Assembly (NCBI GenBank): GCA_010093815.1 | Contig: ML996566.1 | Length of the DNA: 64,000 nucleotides | DNA from: Pseudovirgaria hyperparasitica | Taxonomy: Eukaryota | Strand: one strand, 5' to 3' | Shown here: piece after piece, positions 39,016 through 51,312 of the stretch | How positions within the stretch are numbered: the first letter of the stretch is position 1 | How the letters are laid out: the number at the start of each line of letters is the position of its first letter | Program-made: the position numbers and the translations under genes | The notes under the pieces: model-generated | Database searches by the model: none | What the model was told of the DNA's origin: nothing | What the model saw: the letters and a program-made list of their open reading frames with translations, nothing else

Positions 39016-40725
39016 CTAGAAGATCGGCTCCTCGTCCCCAGTTGATGGTAGCCCGGGACGAGCATTGCCATCAACATCAACGACGTCACCATGCTCATGG
39101 ACGAACTCTTTAGCCCACTTGCGGCAGAAGATAGATGCTACAAGAGTTAGTATTCAATCATGTAGTGTGTACCTATAGACAACGAACCCTTGTAGAATTT
39201 CTTGCTAGCATATTTCTTGAAGAATGCCTCATGAATGACTGGGCCAGAGATGTACTGGATCATCAACTCAAGAACGGGCTCGATCTCTTTGGCGGTGTAG
39301 CCCGCATAGTGAGCGATAGTTGCGTCCTGTAGGCTTTAGCATATATCGCGAGTAGATAAGACTCAGTGACTTACCCATTCTCCACGGTTCAGAATCAGAC
39401 GAGCCATATACATGGAAGCAGCGGCGATCTGGCTTGGAGGAAACTTGATCATTTTGTGTTCTAGACAGCTGATCTCCAAAAGGTATTTGCCGACAGTACG
39501 TGTATGGATATCGTAATTGTCTGCCTTGGATATCCTTCGGAGAAAGTTCATAGGGTTTGGGTAGCTAAGATCGTAGTTGAGAGCAGCAAGGACGAAACGC
39601 TCAGCACTGAGGATCTCGTCTTCAGTAAAGCCGTCATCAGCAACATGCCGGAAATTCTGCACATGGGGTGAAAGGACCTCTTCGTATTTCGATGCAATAA
39701 ACATAGCCGTTACGCCAACGAGTTGTAGACGGTCAAGCTGGACGACCTTTGCCGAGAGAAACCGGTCGATGATGTTGACAGCCAAGAAAAGAGTCTCCGG
39801 TAGTAGACGAAAGCGAGTGTGAACCTCAAGCAACCAGTCAATGAGGATACCTCGCATTTTCCATTCGAGTTCGCCTTGCATATCCATGTAGTCCTCGTTT
39901 GGCAATGTTCTCAACTCCAATTCTTTCAGGTAGTCAAAGATTTCGTGAACGTATTCAGCAACCATGAGGGGATCCTCTCTGTCGTCTTCGTCTAGATCGA
40001 GGATCATCTCATCTGAAGATTCCTTGAGAGGCTCAACCTTCACTTCGTCACGCTCAACTTGCTTCTCAATTTCAACCTTCACGGTTGTTTTCGTGGTCTG
40101 CCTGTTCACCTCAGGAGCAATGTTTTCTGAGTCCTGGTAATCTTCTTCGACAATTGACTTGGTGCTTGACCCGGTGTGACGCTTTTTCGTGACGGGACCT
40201 GTGGCGCCGGAGCCACTGGCGGGTCGTTTGAGTTCCGACGCAGTGTTGTTTTTGTCTTTAGGCTGAAGTATGGATCGAGACGTGGTCGTCTTTGTTGTCT
40301 TCTGGACTCGTGAGGGCTGTGCTGCCTTGGATACAAGGCCTGTCTTGCTCGCCAAAGGTTTCTTCACCTCTTTGCCGTCTTTACCCTCCCCCACATCACC
40401 CTTGACAACATTGCTCACGTCGCCCAACGCAGCACGTCTTCTAACCTGGCCGCCAGTTGCAGCCGATAGAGTATTCGAGGTAGTCTTCTTGGTCTGAAGG
40501 GCCTTCTTTGGTGGGGCTTCATTTTCATTGCCAGTGAGCGCCGCGGCTTTGGCACGCGTCAGTCGCGTTGTTCCAACATTTTCGTCATTCTCGTTCGTTA
40601 TGGCCCGTTTTAGGGGACGCGCAACCTAGAAAAATGTCAGGTCATGCTGAAGCAATCTTTCAATTCGCGTCAAGAAGCAGTATGTGATGTTATCAAAACA
40701 AGTGGCGGGAACGTACGGGAGGCAT
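39016..40725 (-). CDS. nimE: G2/mitotic-specific cyclin B (NimE/Cdc13/Clb2 type)
   Basis: Micro first exon MPP then TNENDEN; destruction box RAALGDVSN; cyclin box MRGILIDWL...ASKYEE; ends KKYASKKF|ASIF...EPIF*. Confidence 0.95.
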
Positions 40726-40840
40726 GATGAACAGTCAGACGTTCTGACAACGTCCCGGGCCAGAAACTTGAGTGAAGCCGTGGTGAGGTGGGGGTGCTGA
40801 TATGTTCTAAGTGAATGTATAGTCAGTATGCAGTCTATTC

Positions 40841-41130
40841 CACGCGCGATAGAGCAGCAGTGAACATACATATAACGCGGTCAATAAGCCTGCTATAACA
40901 TAAGATCTATGAGTACCTGCTCAAGATGCTCAATGAGGATGTGAGTCGAGCTCGACGCGAGATATGAAATCGTGAAAACGGATTGATGATGCTCAATGGT
41001 GATGTATGCGCGAGGAGGATGGCCACTATCGAACGCGAGGAAACGCGAACAACAGATAGCTGCACTGAATATCTATCTCCACGAGAGGAGTAGATGTTAT
41101 GCACTCGAGGTGGAGGAAATGGTAAACAAC
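40841..41130 (-). promoter_or_regulatory. Candidate cell-cycle cis-elements upstream of cyclin B
   Basis: Five ACGCG cores (~40842, 40876, 40955, 41033, 41043) and a forkhead-type GTAAACAA at 41122-41129. Short motifs; function inferred only. Confidence 0.3.
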
Positions 41131-41756
41131 AATGGGTGGAAGACCAAATGTCGAGGTAGAAGAGAGGAGCTGCGAGGTGCAGAGCTGGTTTGTTTTGGGT
41201 GCGCACTGTTAGATCGGTCGCGAGTGCCAAGACCTGGATTTCGTCGACACGACCTGGCGTAGCAACAAAGCAGCAGGCATATTTGCGCGCGTCGGATTGG
41301 TCCGTTCGTACGCGCTTTTACCTCGTGCAAATAACGCCCTATGCTGCAGACGAGGTGATGGCATTGAACTAGGTGACGGTCGCTGAGAGTTCACATATAT
41401 AAACTGCAATTAAATGGAGGATACAGGTGGATTATATATTCTGTTCCTTCAATCAGACAGTATCGACACCCTTGAAAGTTGGTTGAGCGGATCCTCGCGC
41501 ATCGAACGCCTAGCAACACGTTCTGTCCACGGCCCTTATTTATCGCCTTAGTGCCTTGGTGCCCTAGTGCCTTAGCGATTCTTGTGTGCCTCAGGTGGAC
41601 GCAATCTAGCGTGCTGCCAAGATGAAGTCTCGGGCGAATCTTGAGACCTCTCGATTAATTGACAAAACCTCTCACTGCCTGCATCGACAATCCCCGTCGC
41701 ATCATTCGGTTTGTGCTCAAATGGCTCCATAGAGCTGTCCTACCGCCCTCATTAGA

Positions 41757-43021
41757 ATGCTACAACCACGGATTCCGCTATGGCGGTGCTTCCAGCAGTC
41801 GACAAACTCCCGTTCCTTTCTTCGAACCTACGCAACCTCCCAGAAAACCAAACCGCGGAGCTCGCAAAGCGACATTACTAGCACAGACGAGGATGGCTCC
41901 CCGAAGAAAAAGTATTCTCAGCGAGTTCGGCTCATCAGGTCAGATGAGAAGTCAATATGGTTACGAGGAATAACAAACAGTACACGAAACTACAAGAGGC
42001 AGATTTTTACACATCTGTGGAAAGGTGGACCATATAAGCCATTGACTTACCCAAAGAAGGGTATGGCAAAGGGAGGAAGGAATAATCAAGGCCGAGTTTG
42101 TGTACGGCATCGCGGTGGGGGGCACAAGAGAAGAATTCGGATATTAGACTTTCACCGCAAAGAGCCTGGTAGGCAAATAGTCGAGCGCATTGAATACGAC
42201 CCGAACAGGACCGCGCATATCGCATTGCTAAAGAACGAGAAGACTAAGAAGCGGACCTACATCGTCGCCGCAGATGGCATGATGGCAGGGGATACCGTTG
42301 AGAGCTTCATGTCGGGCATTCCAGCACGTATAGTAGACGAAATGGGCGGTACGATTGATCCTGGTATCCTTGCGTCGAAAACAATCTTCACCGGGAACTG
42401 TTTGCCGATTTTTCGCATACCGCCTGGCACTCAAGTCTACAATGTTGGTTCTAAGATCGGTGGCAAGGCCGTCTTCTGTCGTACAGCCGGTTCCTTTGCA
42501 ACCGTGACACAGAAGAATGTGGAGAATGAATCTAAACTCAATCCTCAGTACCAGTCCTGTGAAGTCCAATTAGCAAGCGGCGAAATCCGAAAGGTTTCTC
42601 CTTATGCTTGTGCTACCATAGGACGGGTCAGCAACCACGAGCATCATAAGAATACGCTGGGTAAGGCAGGCCGAAGTCGGTGGAAGAATATACGACCAAC
42701 AGTGAGGGGTATGGCCATGAATGCCGGTACGCTCGCCTAATCAGATAAATCTTGCAGTTGCACGTACTGATCGACTGTTGTAGCGGATCACCCTCACGGT
42801 GGCGGAAGAGGCAAATCGAAGGGTAAGAGGATTCCACAAAGTCCATGGGGACAACAGGTAAGCTAGCCATTATACGTGCATGTATCAGCCCATGTCCTTA
42901 CACTGTGTAGGCCAAAAGCGGTTTCAAGACTCGCAGAAAGCGCAACAGACATACGTTCCTGGTCAAAGACCGCGAGAGAAATATGGGCAAGAGAAGGGCA
43001 CCCAAAGGAACACAATCTTAG
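41757..43021 (+). CDS. rml2: Mitochondrial ribosomal protein uL2m
   Basis: GGRNNQGRVCVRHRGGGHKRR, IEYDPNRTAHIAL, GKAGRSRW, RPTVRGMAMN|ADHPHGGGRGKSKG; two 3' introns; presequence-like N-terminus. Confidence 0.95.
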
Positions 43022-43790
43022 CCATATTATATTCTGGCACTACACGACTCCAGTGTAGAATTAACCGTCAATAGCCAACGCACCGTCCGGCTTGTATACA
43101 GAGCATGAAGTCTAGAGGCTGTAACAATAACAGCGTGAGTTAAATAATATATATCGGGGTTTGGGCTGTTTCATGTCAAGGTTCGAGTTGTATCGTTACT
43201 TGAACCGTCAACATTTAGCTTGAGAGAACAAGAGACAAATTTTAGGATGGTTTCCCGTCCCACCCCTATAGATACGGGAGACTGGTGCGATAGAATAAAT
43301 TAGGGCTGACGAGAATGGTTGCCTTCTGGGGCCAACATCGTCGGCGTCCGCGAATGAGTCGTCTACGCCATATCGCAAAGCAGGCAGAGCGCTGTGGTTG
43401 GCTGCTACTAATTCCGGCTAAATCTACCGTGGATAGACAGAAACGTGTGCCTCACCCGTGTGCTCAGCCTCAGCTCTATGTGTGAGCCAAATAAGCGACC
43501 AACTCAAAATGTGTACTGTATTCATGACCTACTCCATGTCTCGTATGTATGTAGTCTTCGATTTCTAAACACCTATCTCCTAATATCAATTATTGTATGC
43601 TTTCACAACATCTTGAGTGCTGCAGCCCACTTTGACGGAATATCATCGTCATCATCCTGAATCCCAACCTCGAATCCTTCCACGCCGAGCGTGGTTCCGA
43701 TCCCGTCTGCCCCAAATCTCCTGGACTGCACTCTCATATATCGTGCCAGACCACTCTCCTACGTGTTCTCAAAACTGACAGAACGTCGTA

Positions 43791-46637
43791 ATGGGCATAA
43801 ACTCCCCAGAAGAAGCTTACTTTAACGATCTCTCTCAACAACCGCCACCCTCGGAGTTCAACGCCCGAAATAGAGAGCTGGCAAACAACGAAGAGAATGG
43901 CATACCGAAGACCAAGAGGATAGCTTGTATTTTATGCAGAAAGAGAAAGTTACGATGCGACGGCGCCAAACCTGCATGTGGAACATGCAAGCGACTTACC
44001 CATGATTGTGCATATGATGAAGTTCGTCGCAAGAGTGGACCAAAACGAGGATACGTCAAAGCTTTGGAGGCTCGACTGCGTATGTGCGCTAGACGTAAGC
44101 AATGTCTTGAGAGCTAACACGAGCTATAGAGCAGGTAACGGAGCAAGTCGAGACCTTGATTCGCACCCAAGATGGCCCAGAGCCAACACGAGAACAGGCG
44201 CCGGCCAATGTACCTTTTCCCATGTCATCGTTGCCTCCAAACATGACAGACTCGTCTATCGTACAAACAGGAACTACTGATCAATCAATGTTCGGGACAA
44301 ATGGTGCATCCCCAGGAGGCTTTGCTGGTCTTTCAAACGGCATCGAAATGAATACAGACGAACAATTCCCTTGGGAGATAATAAGCCTGGGTCTAGAGGA
44401 GCCTCTACCGCCACAAGAAGATATTAATGAATTGTAATTGCATGTTCGTTTACACTAATGTAGTCGGAGCTAACACGAATCAGAAATCGACTATACTTTG
44501 AAAAGGTTCATCCATCCATACCAATGATTCACAAGCCGAGATTCCAGGCTGCCATGAATCTCGCGCCGCACATGCGCCCAGCTGTCTGTCTGCGATACAT
44601 TATGTGGGCCTTTGCAGCATCGCTCACCGACAGGTACGAATCTTTGCAAGAGCACTTTTATCAACGAGCTCGAAAGTATGCCCAGATGGATGAGATGAAG
44701 GGGCACGGTGAGGCCATGCTGACCTTAGGTCATGCCCAAGCTTGGATCCTTATTTGCACGTATGAATTCAAAAGCATGTATTTCCCCCGTGCGTGGATGA
44801 GTGCTGGCCGTGCTGTTCGACTTGCGCAGATGATGGGCCTGCACCGACAGGATGGTGCATTCCTTGACGTGAAGCAGTGCTTGCCTCCACCTAAAGACTG
44901 GACTGAGCAAGAGGAAAGGCGACGGACTTTCTGGGGCACGTTCTGCATAGATCGCTATGCAAGCATTGGGACTGGGTGGCCAATGACAATTGATGAGAAA
45001 GATGTAAATCAACCACTTTCGTATGGCATGAAGGTGCATGGAAACGTGCTAACAATGCATTAGATCATGTCAAATCTGCCCGCTTCAGGCGAAGCATACG
45101 AGAGAAGCAAGGCCGTGCCGTCAATATCCCTTGAGCAAGCATTGACACCCTCGGGAGCGGCATCAGTCTCCGCGTTCGGGGCCGTCATTCTCATGGCGTG
45201 TCTTTTCGGCCGCAATCTGCATCACCTGCATCGTCCAACACCCGACGATAGGGAAGGCGATCTCAACGGCGGATTTTGGAAGCGGCATAGGGACATGCAG
45301 AACACCATCGACAATACGTCCTTAAACCTCCCGGATATGTTACGGTTGCCGAGCGCTATGGGGAGTGCTAATGCGATCTTCACCAACATGTGTTTGCACA
45401 CGTCGGCGATATGCCTGCATCAAGCCGCAATCTACAAGGCAGAAAAGAATCGACTGCCAGCAAGCGTCAGTAATGAGAGTAAGATTCGATGCGTCACTGC
45501 GGCTGCGGAGATTGCAAACATTATGAGAATGATCAGTCACATGGATCTCGCTGCAGTATGTATTGTCGCCAAAAAAGCTTCAGTGTCGCTGACAGAAATT
45601 CAGATGAACCCCTTTATCTCCTTCTCGGTCTACGTTGCGGCACGTGTGTTTGTGCAGTACCTTAAAACGCGGCCAAACGATCAACAGATGATCTCTTCTC
45701 TCCAATTCCTTATGTCAGCCATGCAGGTGTTGAAGCGGCGAAATCCATTGACTGAATCGTTCATGGTGCAGCTCGATCTAGATCTGGAAGATGCAGGCAT
45801 ACCAGGCTTACGCACTAGCGTCGAATCTTCAGAAAACGTAGGTTTCTAAAGAGATCCTAGTCTTGGTGTGCAGTCATGAGTAGCTGACTCGATATTCAGG
45901 GCAAGACCCCTCCCAGTGTAGACAAAGCGCGCTGCAGTCCCATCGTGGTTATCGGCGAGCAACAGTCTCAGTCTACAACCCTTGAGAGAAGTGATGGTGG
46001 TTCCACCGGCGACTTGGCCACGGAGCCAGGTCTAAGCATGCCTACGCAGTCCACTACGTTTACCGGCAACACACCTATATCATCAAGGCCTTCCTTACCA
46101 CCAAGTGCATTCTATGAAGACATTGAATCCAAGGGCGCGCTGCGCGGTATCATCGTCCCAGTCATGGATAGCAACACTCCTGAGGGTGAAATGGACACGT
46201 CCCCGGATACGAGCGGCGACCAGCCTACTCCATCTACATCAAACTCTCGACACGGCTCCTCGTCGCATACCTCCTTCACGCCCCCACGACAAGATGATAC
46301 CACGTCACATACACATCACTACCACTCCGCCCACAACCCATTGACGTCGAACAATCAGTCCTCAGCCGGCTCCTCAAACAGCCAAAGCATTCACTCTGCT
46401 GACTTTTTTCCGGCATCTAGCGGTGGCTATGCAGGCATGAATTCCTACTATCCTGTTCAGCCTAGTATGCCCAGCCTTGGGCTCTCGGGTGATTGGGATA
46501 TAGCCAACGCCAATTTGTCTGATAGCGCGTGGAGTCAGATGCTTGAAGGCATGGGCATGAATTGGGATGGTGTGGGTCCCTCTGAGATGCCTCATTCGCA
46601 ACAAGTTGATCCCTTGACTGGACGACGAGTAGTGTAG
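43791..46637 (+). CDS. Zn(II)2Cys6 transcription factor with Fungal_trans domain
   Basis: ACILCRKRKLRCDGAKPACGTCKRLTHDC; MMGLHRQD, EERRRTFWGTFCIDRY; about five introns. Confidence 0.93.
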
Positions 46638-47843
46638 TGAGGGGTTAAGCGCAGTAGATCTTGTTGGGCGAGCGACTTGATCTGAGATATGGCGTTTTAT
46701 ATGGCAAGCAAACTTTTCAGAGATACCACTATACATTGGGATATAGCAGTATCACGGACAAAGCATATTGTAATGAGTACAAGCATACCTCTCCCCTGAT
46801 AACGGCCATAGAGAGCTTTGATGCTCGATCCACTAATGACATAAACATATACCACTTCTACCTCCTGTTCGTTTCTTACGTTATCGTGAGTCTTGACGGA
46901 AGCCTGTATCCATAGCAGAATCCGCTGCCAACGTCTGTGTTTCACAGTGCTCTTATCATACCCTGCGCCGCGGAAGCTTTCGGTGTCATCCCATCTTGCG
47001 CTGTATGATTCCTTTCTTGTTCAGGTGTTTCAATCAAGATCTTGTTCGGTTTGCCTAGCCCTAACCATCTCCTAGTCCTGTCCACACATCCCGTCAACAC
47101 CCCCATGCCTTGGATATTACAGACGTTTTTACCCCAAGTCTCCATCACATTCCCTGGCTTTGCCCCTGGCGTCCATAACTACGAATGTAGCCACTCCATA
47201 GCCATTTTTAACACCACATCCTCTCACTTCCTAGCTTCTTGTTTGATCGAAAGCACACCCCAGATATAATATGTGTCCAGCCATTCCCAGTCAAGTCAGT
47301 CAACTTAGGCTGCCGCTGTATCTGCATCGAATGCAAGGAGGACAGTAGGCGTAGGCATTGTAGGCACGCTCGCAGTGTTACGCATAGCGGTGAAGGTATA
47401 TCCTCTTCGACGACAAGCGCGAACGGAGGAACGAGGAGTGATGATATAGCAAGTCTGTGACAGCTATGGCACCTGCGCTACAGACAATGCCTGCACTGAT
47501 GGATACTATGGAGGAGATTAGCACCTCAGCTACACCATATGAGCCTGTACCCGAATTGCAAGGCTCAATGCTAGGCGCCCGGACGTGGGAAGGTAGTGAG
47601 GAGTTACAAGGGTCGTGTGAGTTGACTAGAGATGGAGAACAGAGCGGCTACTGCTGATGAGGGTGGAAGATTCCACAGTTCTTTAGCTGCACACACTGTT
47701 CAAGCAAGCGCGTCACTTCTGCCCGACTGTGCGGTCACGTCCACATTGACGCGTGACACGTCATGAATCACAGCAAACGACCCTGTAGGTACTATATAAT
47801 CTATTTCGTGATGAAGAAAATTCATCCAGCGACCTACACTTCT

Positions 47844-47950
47844 GGCCCACTAGTCTAGTGGTAGTCAACAACGTGGTTAAAGGAATCTTTATAACCCAAC
47901 GATTGGCCTTTGGTTCAATCCGCGCGATACGAGTTTCTTTTGCATTTTTT
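47844..47950 (+). pseudogene. Degenerate tRNA-like / Pol III-type element
   Basis: A-box TAGTCTAGTGG at +8 from GGCCCAC, B-box GGTTCAATCC (47912-47921) and T-tract terminators, but the acceptor and T stems do not pair. Confidence 0.4.
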
Positions 47951-49705
47951 GAGCGAAAGCTAGATTTTTGATTTGTTTTTATACTTTTGGGGGCCTTGTT
48001 TTTGTCGGCCTTTTGCCTTTTTTTTGGCTCATTGTCCAGTCCACTGCTGTGCTAAGCTGCTCGCACTACTAATATAACTGACACAACCGTTCGTCGTGAG
48101 GATCTAGAGGAGGAACTTTTACACAAAAACTAGGAAGTGAATAACTCATGGAGACGGGCACTAGCTTCGTCAGGACAATCGATAAGCTCTGAACGGACAA
48201 CCACTGTAAGTGTCATCTATACCTAGAGCTTGAAGCCTACACGAGCGACTGCTGTGAGATTAATCAACTCTCTTTACGAGGCCTCTACCTAGGTAGGTCT
48301 CTCACGCTGCGGGGTGAGACAGGACTTTTGAGCTGCCAAGCAAAGAATCTACGAGCAGCGTGTTTTTCTCAGCGCTGTCTCAGCACCAAGGTACAGTCGT
48401 GCTGAACGCGTGTAGTAGTAGCGGGCAGACAATAGCTTGTAGCATCTTTGGCTTGTTCTCAATGTCGAGAGCACCTTGTATTGTCAGATTTGCTAGCTAT
48501 TCATCCATTACAGCTGCTCTAGATCTATCCGTGAAGCGCCAAAACGACGAATGTATATCATGGCTAAGTAAGGATTGCATCAAGTAAAGTGAGTCACTCT
48601 TGATTGGCAGCAAAGTTGTATTCCCAGTGTAATCTTTGAACATGAGCCATGTCCTGTGCATCTACCAAAGCCCAAAACTCTTCCATACCGTCTTCCTTTG
48701 TAGTGGTAGGTAGACAAGATGAGTTGTTCGAAGAATTGATATATTATAGAAGGACAGCGAACGTTATGAGCATGTGGAAACTGCTCTAGCTGTTAGCAAA
48801 ACGTGCTTGTCTGGACGTTATTCTGGGAATGAAACGCCTTTTCAAGATGGACTGTGACCTTTTAAGCCGCCATTTGACGACCCATATGATGAGCTAATCT
48901 CAAACAGAAGCTTCTATCATGATTTCTTTCATCTCTAGACAGCTATCGAAGACCGATGCCATTGCTAGTGACAGTCGGCGAGGAACGGATGGTCGCGGAA
49001 GGCCGTTAAACACGAGAGGTCATCGCAGCGCGCACGATATGTCGCTTGGTGACGACAGGAAGGAACAGGAGTGTTCGAGGGTACTATTGTTCGTAGAGCA
49101 CGGAGGATGAGAGGATGAAGGGCCACGCGTAGGGAAGATTGCATAGAGACTGCGGTCTTCTCGGGTCGTATCGCGACGTGGCCAATTCGTAGGCATTGAC
49201 CTTGGACATAGTCTATAGCCTGGTAGAAGAAGGCTCGCTGGATCTGATATATGAAACGATGATACACATAGCTTGACTCTGCCGAGTGCTGAGACTGTCG
49301 TGATGTATCAAATGGGCAGGCGCGCATCTACACGCACTGAACTTCGAGGCCGGAGCTAATTCTACGCAATCGCGAGCAAGAGGTGGATAAAGATACACAT
49401 GATCTACGAGAGAGTAGTACATATAGCGAACATAGCAAGAAAGGATTTGATCCATTACTCTATCTATGCTAAGATATTATGTACATTGTGCTTCTACATT
49501 GTTTGCTCGCTCACATTTTTAAAAATGATGAGAGTTTCCAATGTCGCCACGAGGAGGCCATGTAGAAGACTTAGACATCGCGGCGCGAAGGGGAGGGGAA
49601 TTGGGAATGTGACTGACAGCGACCAGCGCCCGTTTCACTGTGCAAAAAAGAAAAACACTAAAGCTAATACAAGCCTATAGAAATGCCGCCCTGGCAATAC
49701 CCAAC

Positions 49706-50030
49706 AAAGGAAACTCGTCAAAGTAACGCCCTCTACCCAAACAAAAGAAACAACTAACTAAAGAAATTCGCTATATATGTGCCCTGTACCCAAACAAAAG
49801 AAATGGTTGACCAAGGAAACTCGTTATAAATGTGCCCTTTACCCAAACAAAAGAAACGGTTGACCAAGGAAACTCGTAATAAATATGACCTTTACCCAAA
49901 CAAAAGAAATGGTTGACCAAGGAAACTCGTAATAAATGTGCCCTTTACCCAAACAAAAGAAATGGTTGACCAAGGAAATTCGTTACAGTAATACCCCCTA
50001 CCCAAACAAAAGAAACGGCTGACAAAAGAA
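49706..50030. repeat. 53-bp minisatellite, about 6 copies
   Basis: TACCCAAACAAAAGAAA recurs at 49734, 49787, 49840, 49893, 49946 and 49999 (exact 53-bp period). Inner copies are near-identical; outer copies are diverged. Confidence 0.95.
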
Positions 50031-50058
50031 ATATGTACAAGGAGACAGGGCCACTTAC

Positions 50059-50462
50059 AGGCAACAGACGAGACGCCCACAGAGCTGTCCCAGCTCTCTG
50101 CCTTGTCTCTTGACCCAGCTCCGCCAGGTCTCTCTCACTCCCATTTCCTACAAAAAAAAAAAGAGTTAGCTAGCAGCTCAAATCAAGTAGAAGTGCTGCA
50201 GGAACACAGGATTGTAGCATAGCTAAAAGAGTAGAACAGCGAAAAGTATGAGTGCAGCGCCAATTCTACGCTGTAGCCAACAGGGGAAACAAGATAAGGT
50301 GCGACAGGATAATGAGTGGTAAGGTATAGCCAATTGAGAGAAAGAAACAAAGCGCAAAAGAGTACACTGAAATCCACTTACTTCATCATTGTGAATTGTC
50401 ACAATGCAGAATGCTCCATCTGGGAGCTCCATCCTCTCCTGGTTGTTAATGGCGAATGGCAT
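50059..50462 (-). CDS. Candidate orphan spliced micro-gene (exons 1-2; last exon unresolved, beyond the minisatellite)
   Basis: ACAACAATG start; exon 50462-50382, GTAAGT donor, CTAAC-T-tract-GTAG acceptor, exon 50147-50059 in frame, second GTAAGT donor. No recognisable homology. Confidence 0.4.
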
Positions 50463-51212
50463 TGTTGTTGTTGAGATTTCTGTTGTGTAGTTAACTGAGA
50501 TTTGAAAAAAGGTCACGTGGTGCTCACGTGATCGATTTTTCGGGGGGGAGAGATGTAGAGTAGTTGGAGATAGTATGCGAAAGATTTCCTTTTATGCTTG
50601 AGCAGACAAGCTCAGACCTCTGCTATCCGCGCAGCGCCGGGCTGCAGATCCAAACCAAACTCCTTATCGTGAACTTGGCAGAGAAAACCCACTCAATGAG
50701 CCTGATAGGAAAGGCGCACCACAAGCCGACCGGACGATCACTGTTCTAGTCCTCATCAGGGCCAAAGAATACTGGATAGAGACACAGGTAACGTCACCAT
50801 CGTACGATTCTATGACTCCTAGGATGTCTGCATTTCGTAAAGAGAAGAGCTAGTCTCGCCCTTTGGCAACGTTGCAACAGCAAGCAGCTAAGGCGCAAAG
50901 CTAGGCAGAGGCACTGCCTGAGTCTAGGGTACAATTGGGGGCTGCAGTTGCAGGCACCGCTGGCAGTGGGCAGGGCTATGGCGAGGCCGATGGGGACAGT
51001 TGTATGTCAGTCGGGGCGCGTGTGCTACAGACTGCTCGAGGAGGCGCTGGCAAGGTCTTGTCTGGGCAGCATGTCCATGCGTGGTTCTTGCTGTGCAGAC
51101 TTGTAGTAGTATGATACAAACTCCTTCGTGCAGGTCCTAATGTATAGACGCCAATGACGATAGGAAGTGGTGATAGATCCGAGTGAGCGTGCCCGATTGA
51201 AGCGTATAGGCG

Positions 51213-51312
51213 CCAGGTCTGCCCCCAGGTCTGCCCCCGAGCAGACACCCGGCACAGGGCTGTAGGTGCCTGAGTGTCGCTGAGTGTCGCTGTGTGTAGC
51301 TGTGTGTAGCTG
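51213..51312. repeat. Short tandem duplications (12-bp x2; 10-bp x4)
   Basis: CCAGGTCTGCCC x2; CTGAGTGTCG x2 followed by CTGTGTGTAG x2. Confidence 0.7.

Noticed and set aside
47042..47657. Short ORFs with ELQG repeats
   Set aside because: I could not build a consistent spliced model or recognise a domain.
49706..50030. CRISPR-like appearance of the 53-bp array
   Set aside because: The inter-core segments are near-identical rather than unique spacers, there are no cas genes, and the context is eukaryotic.
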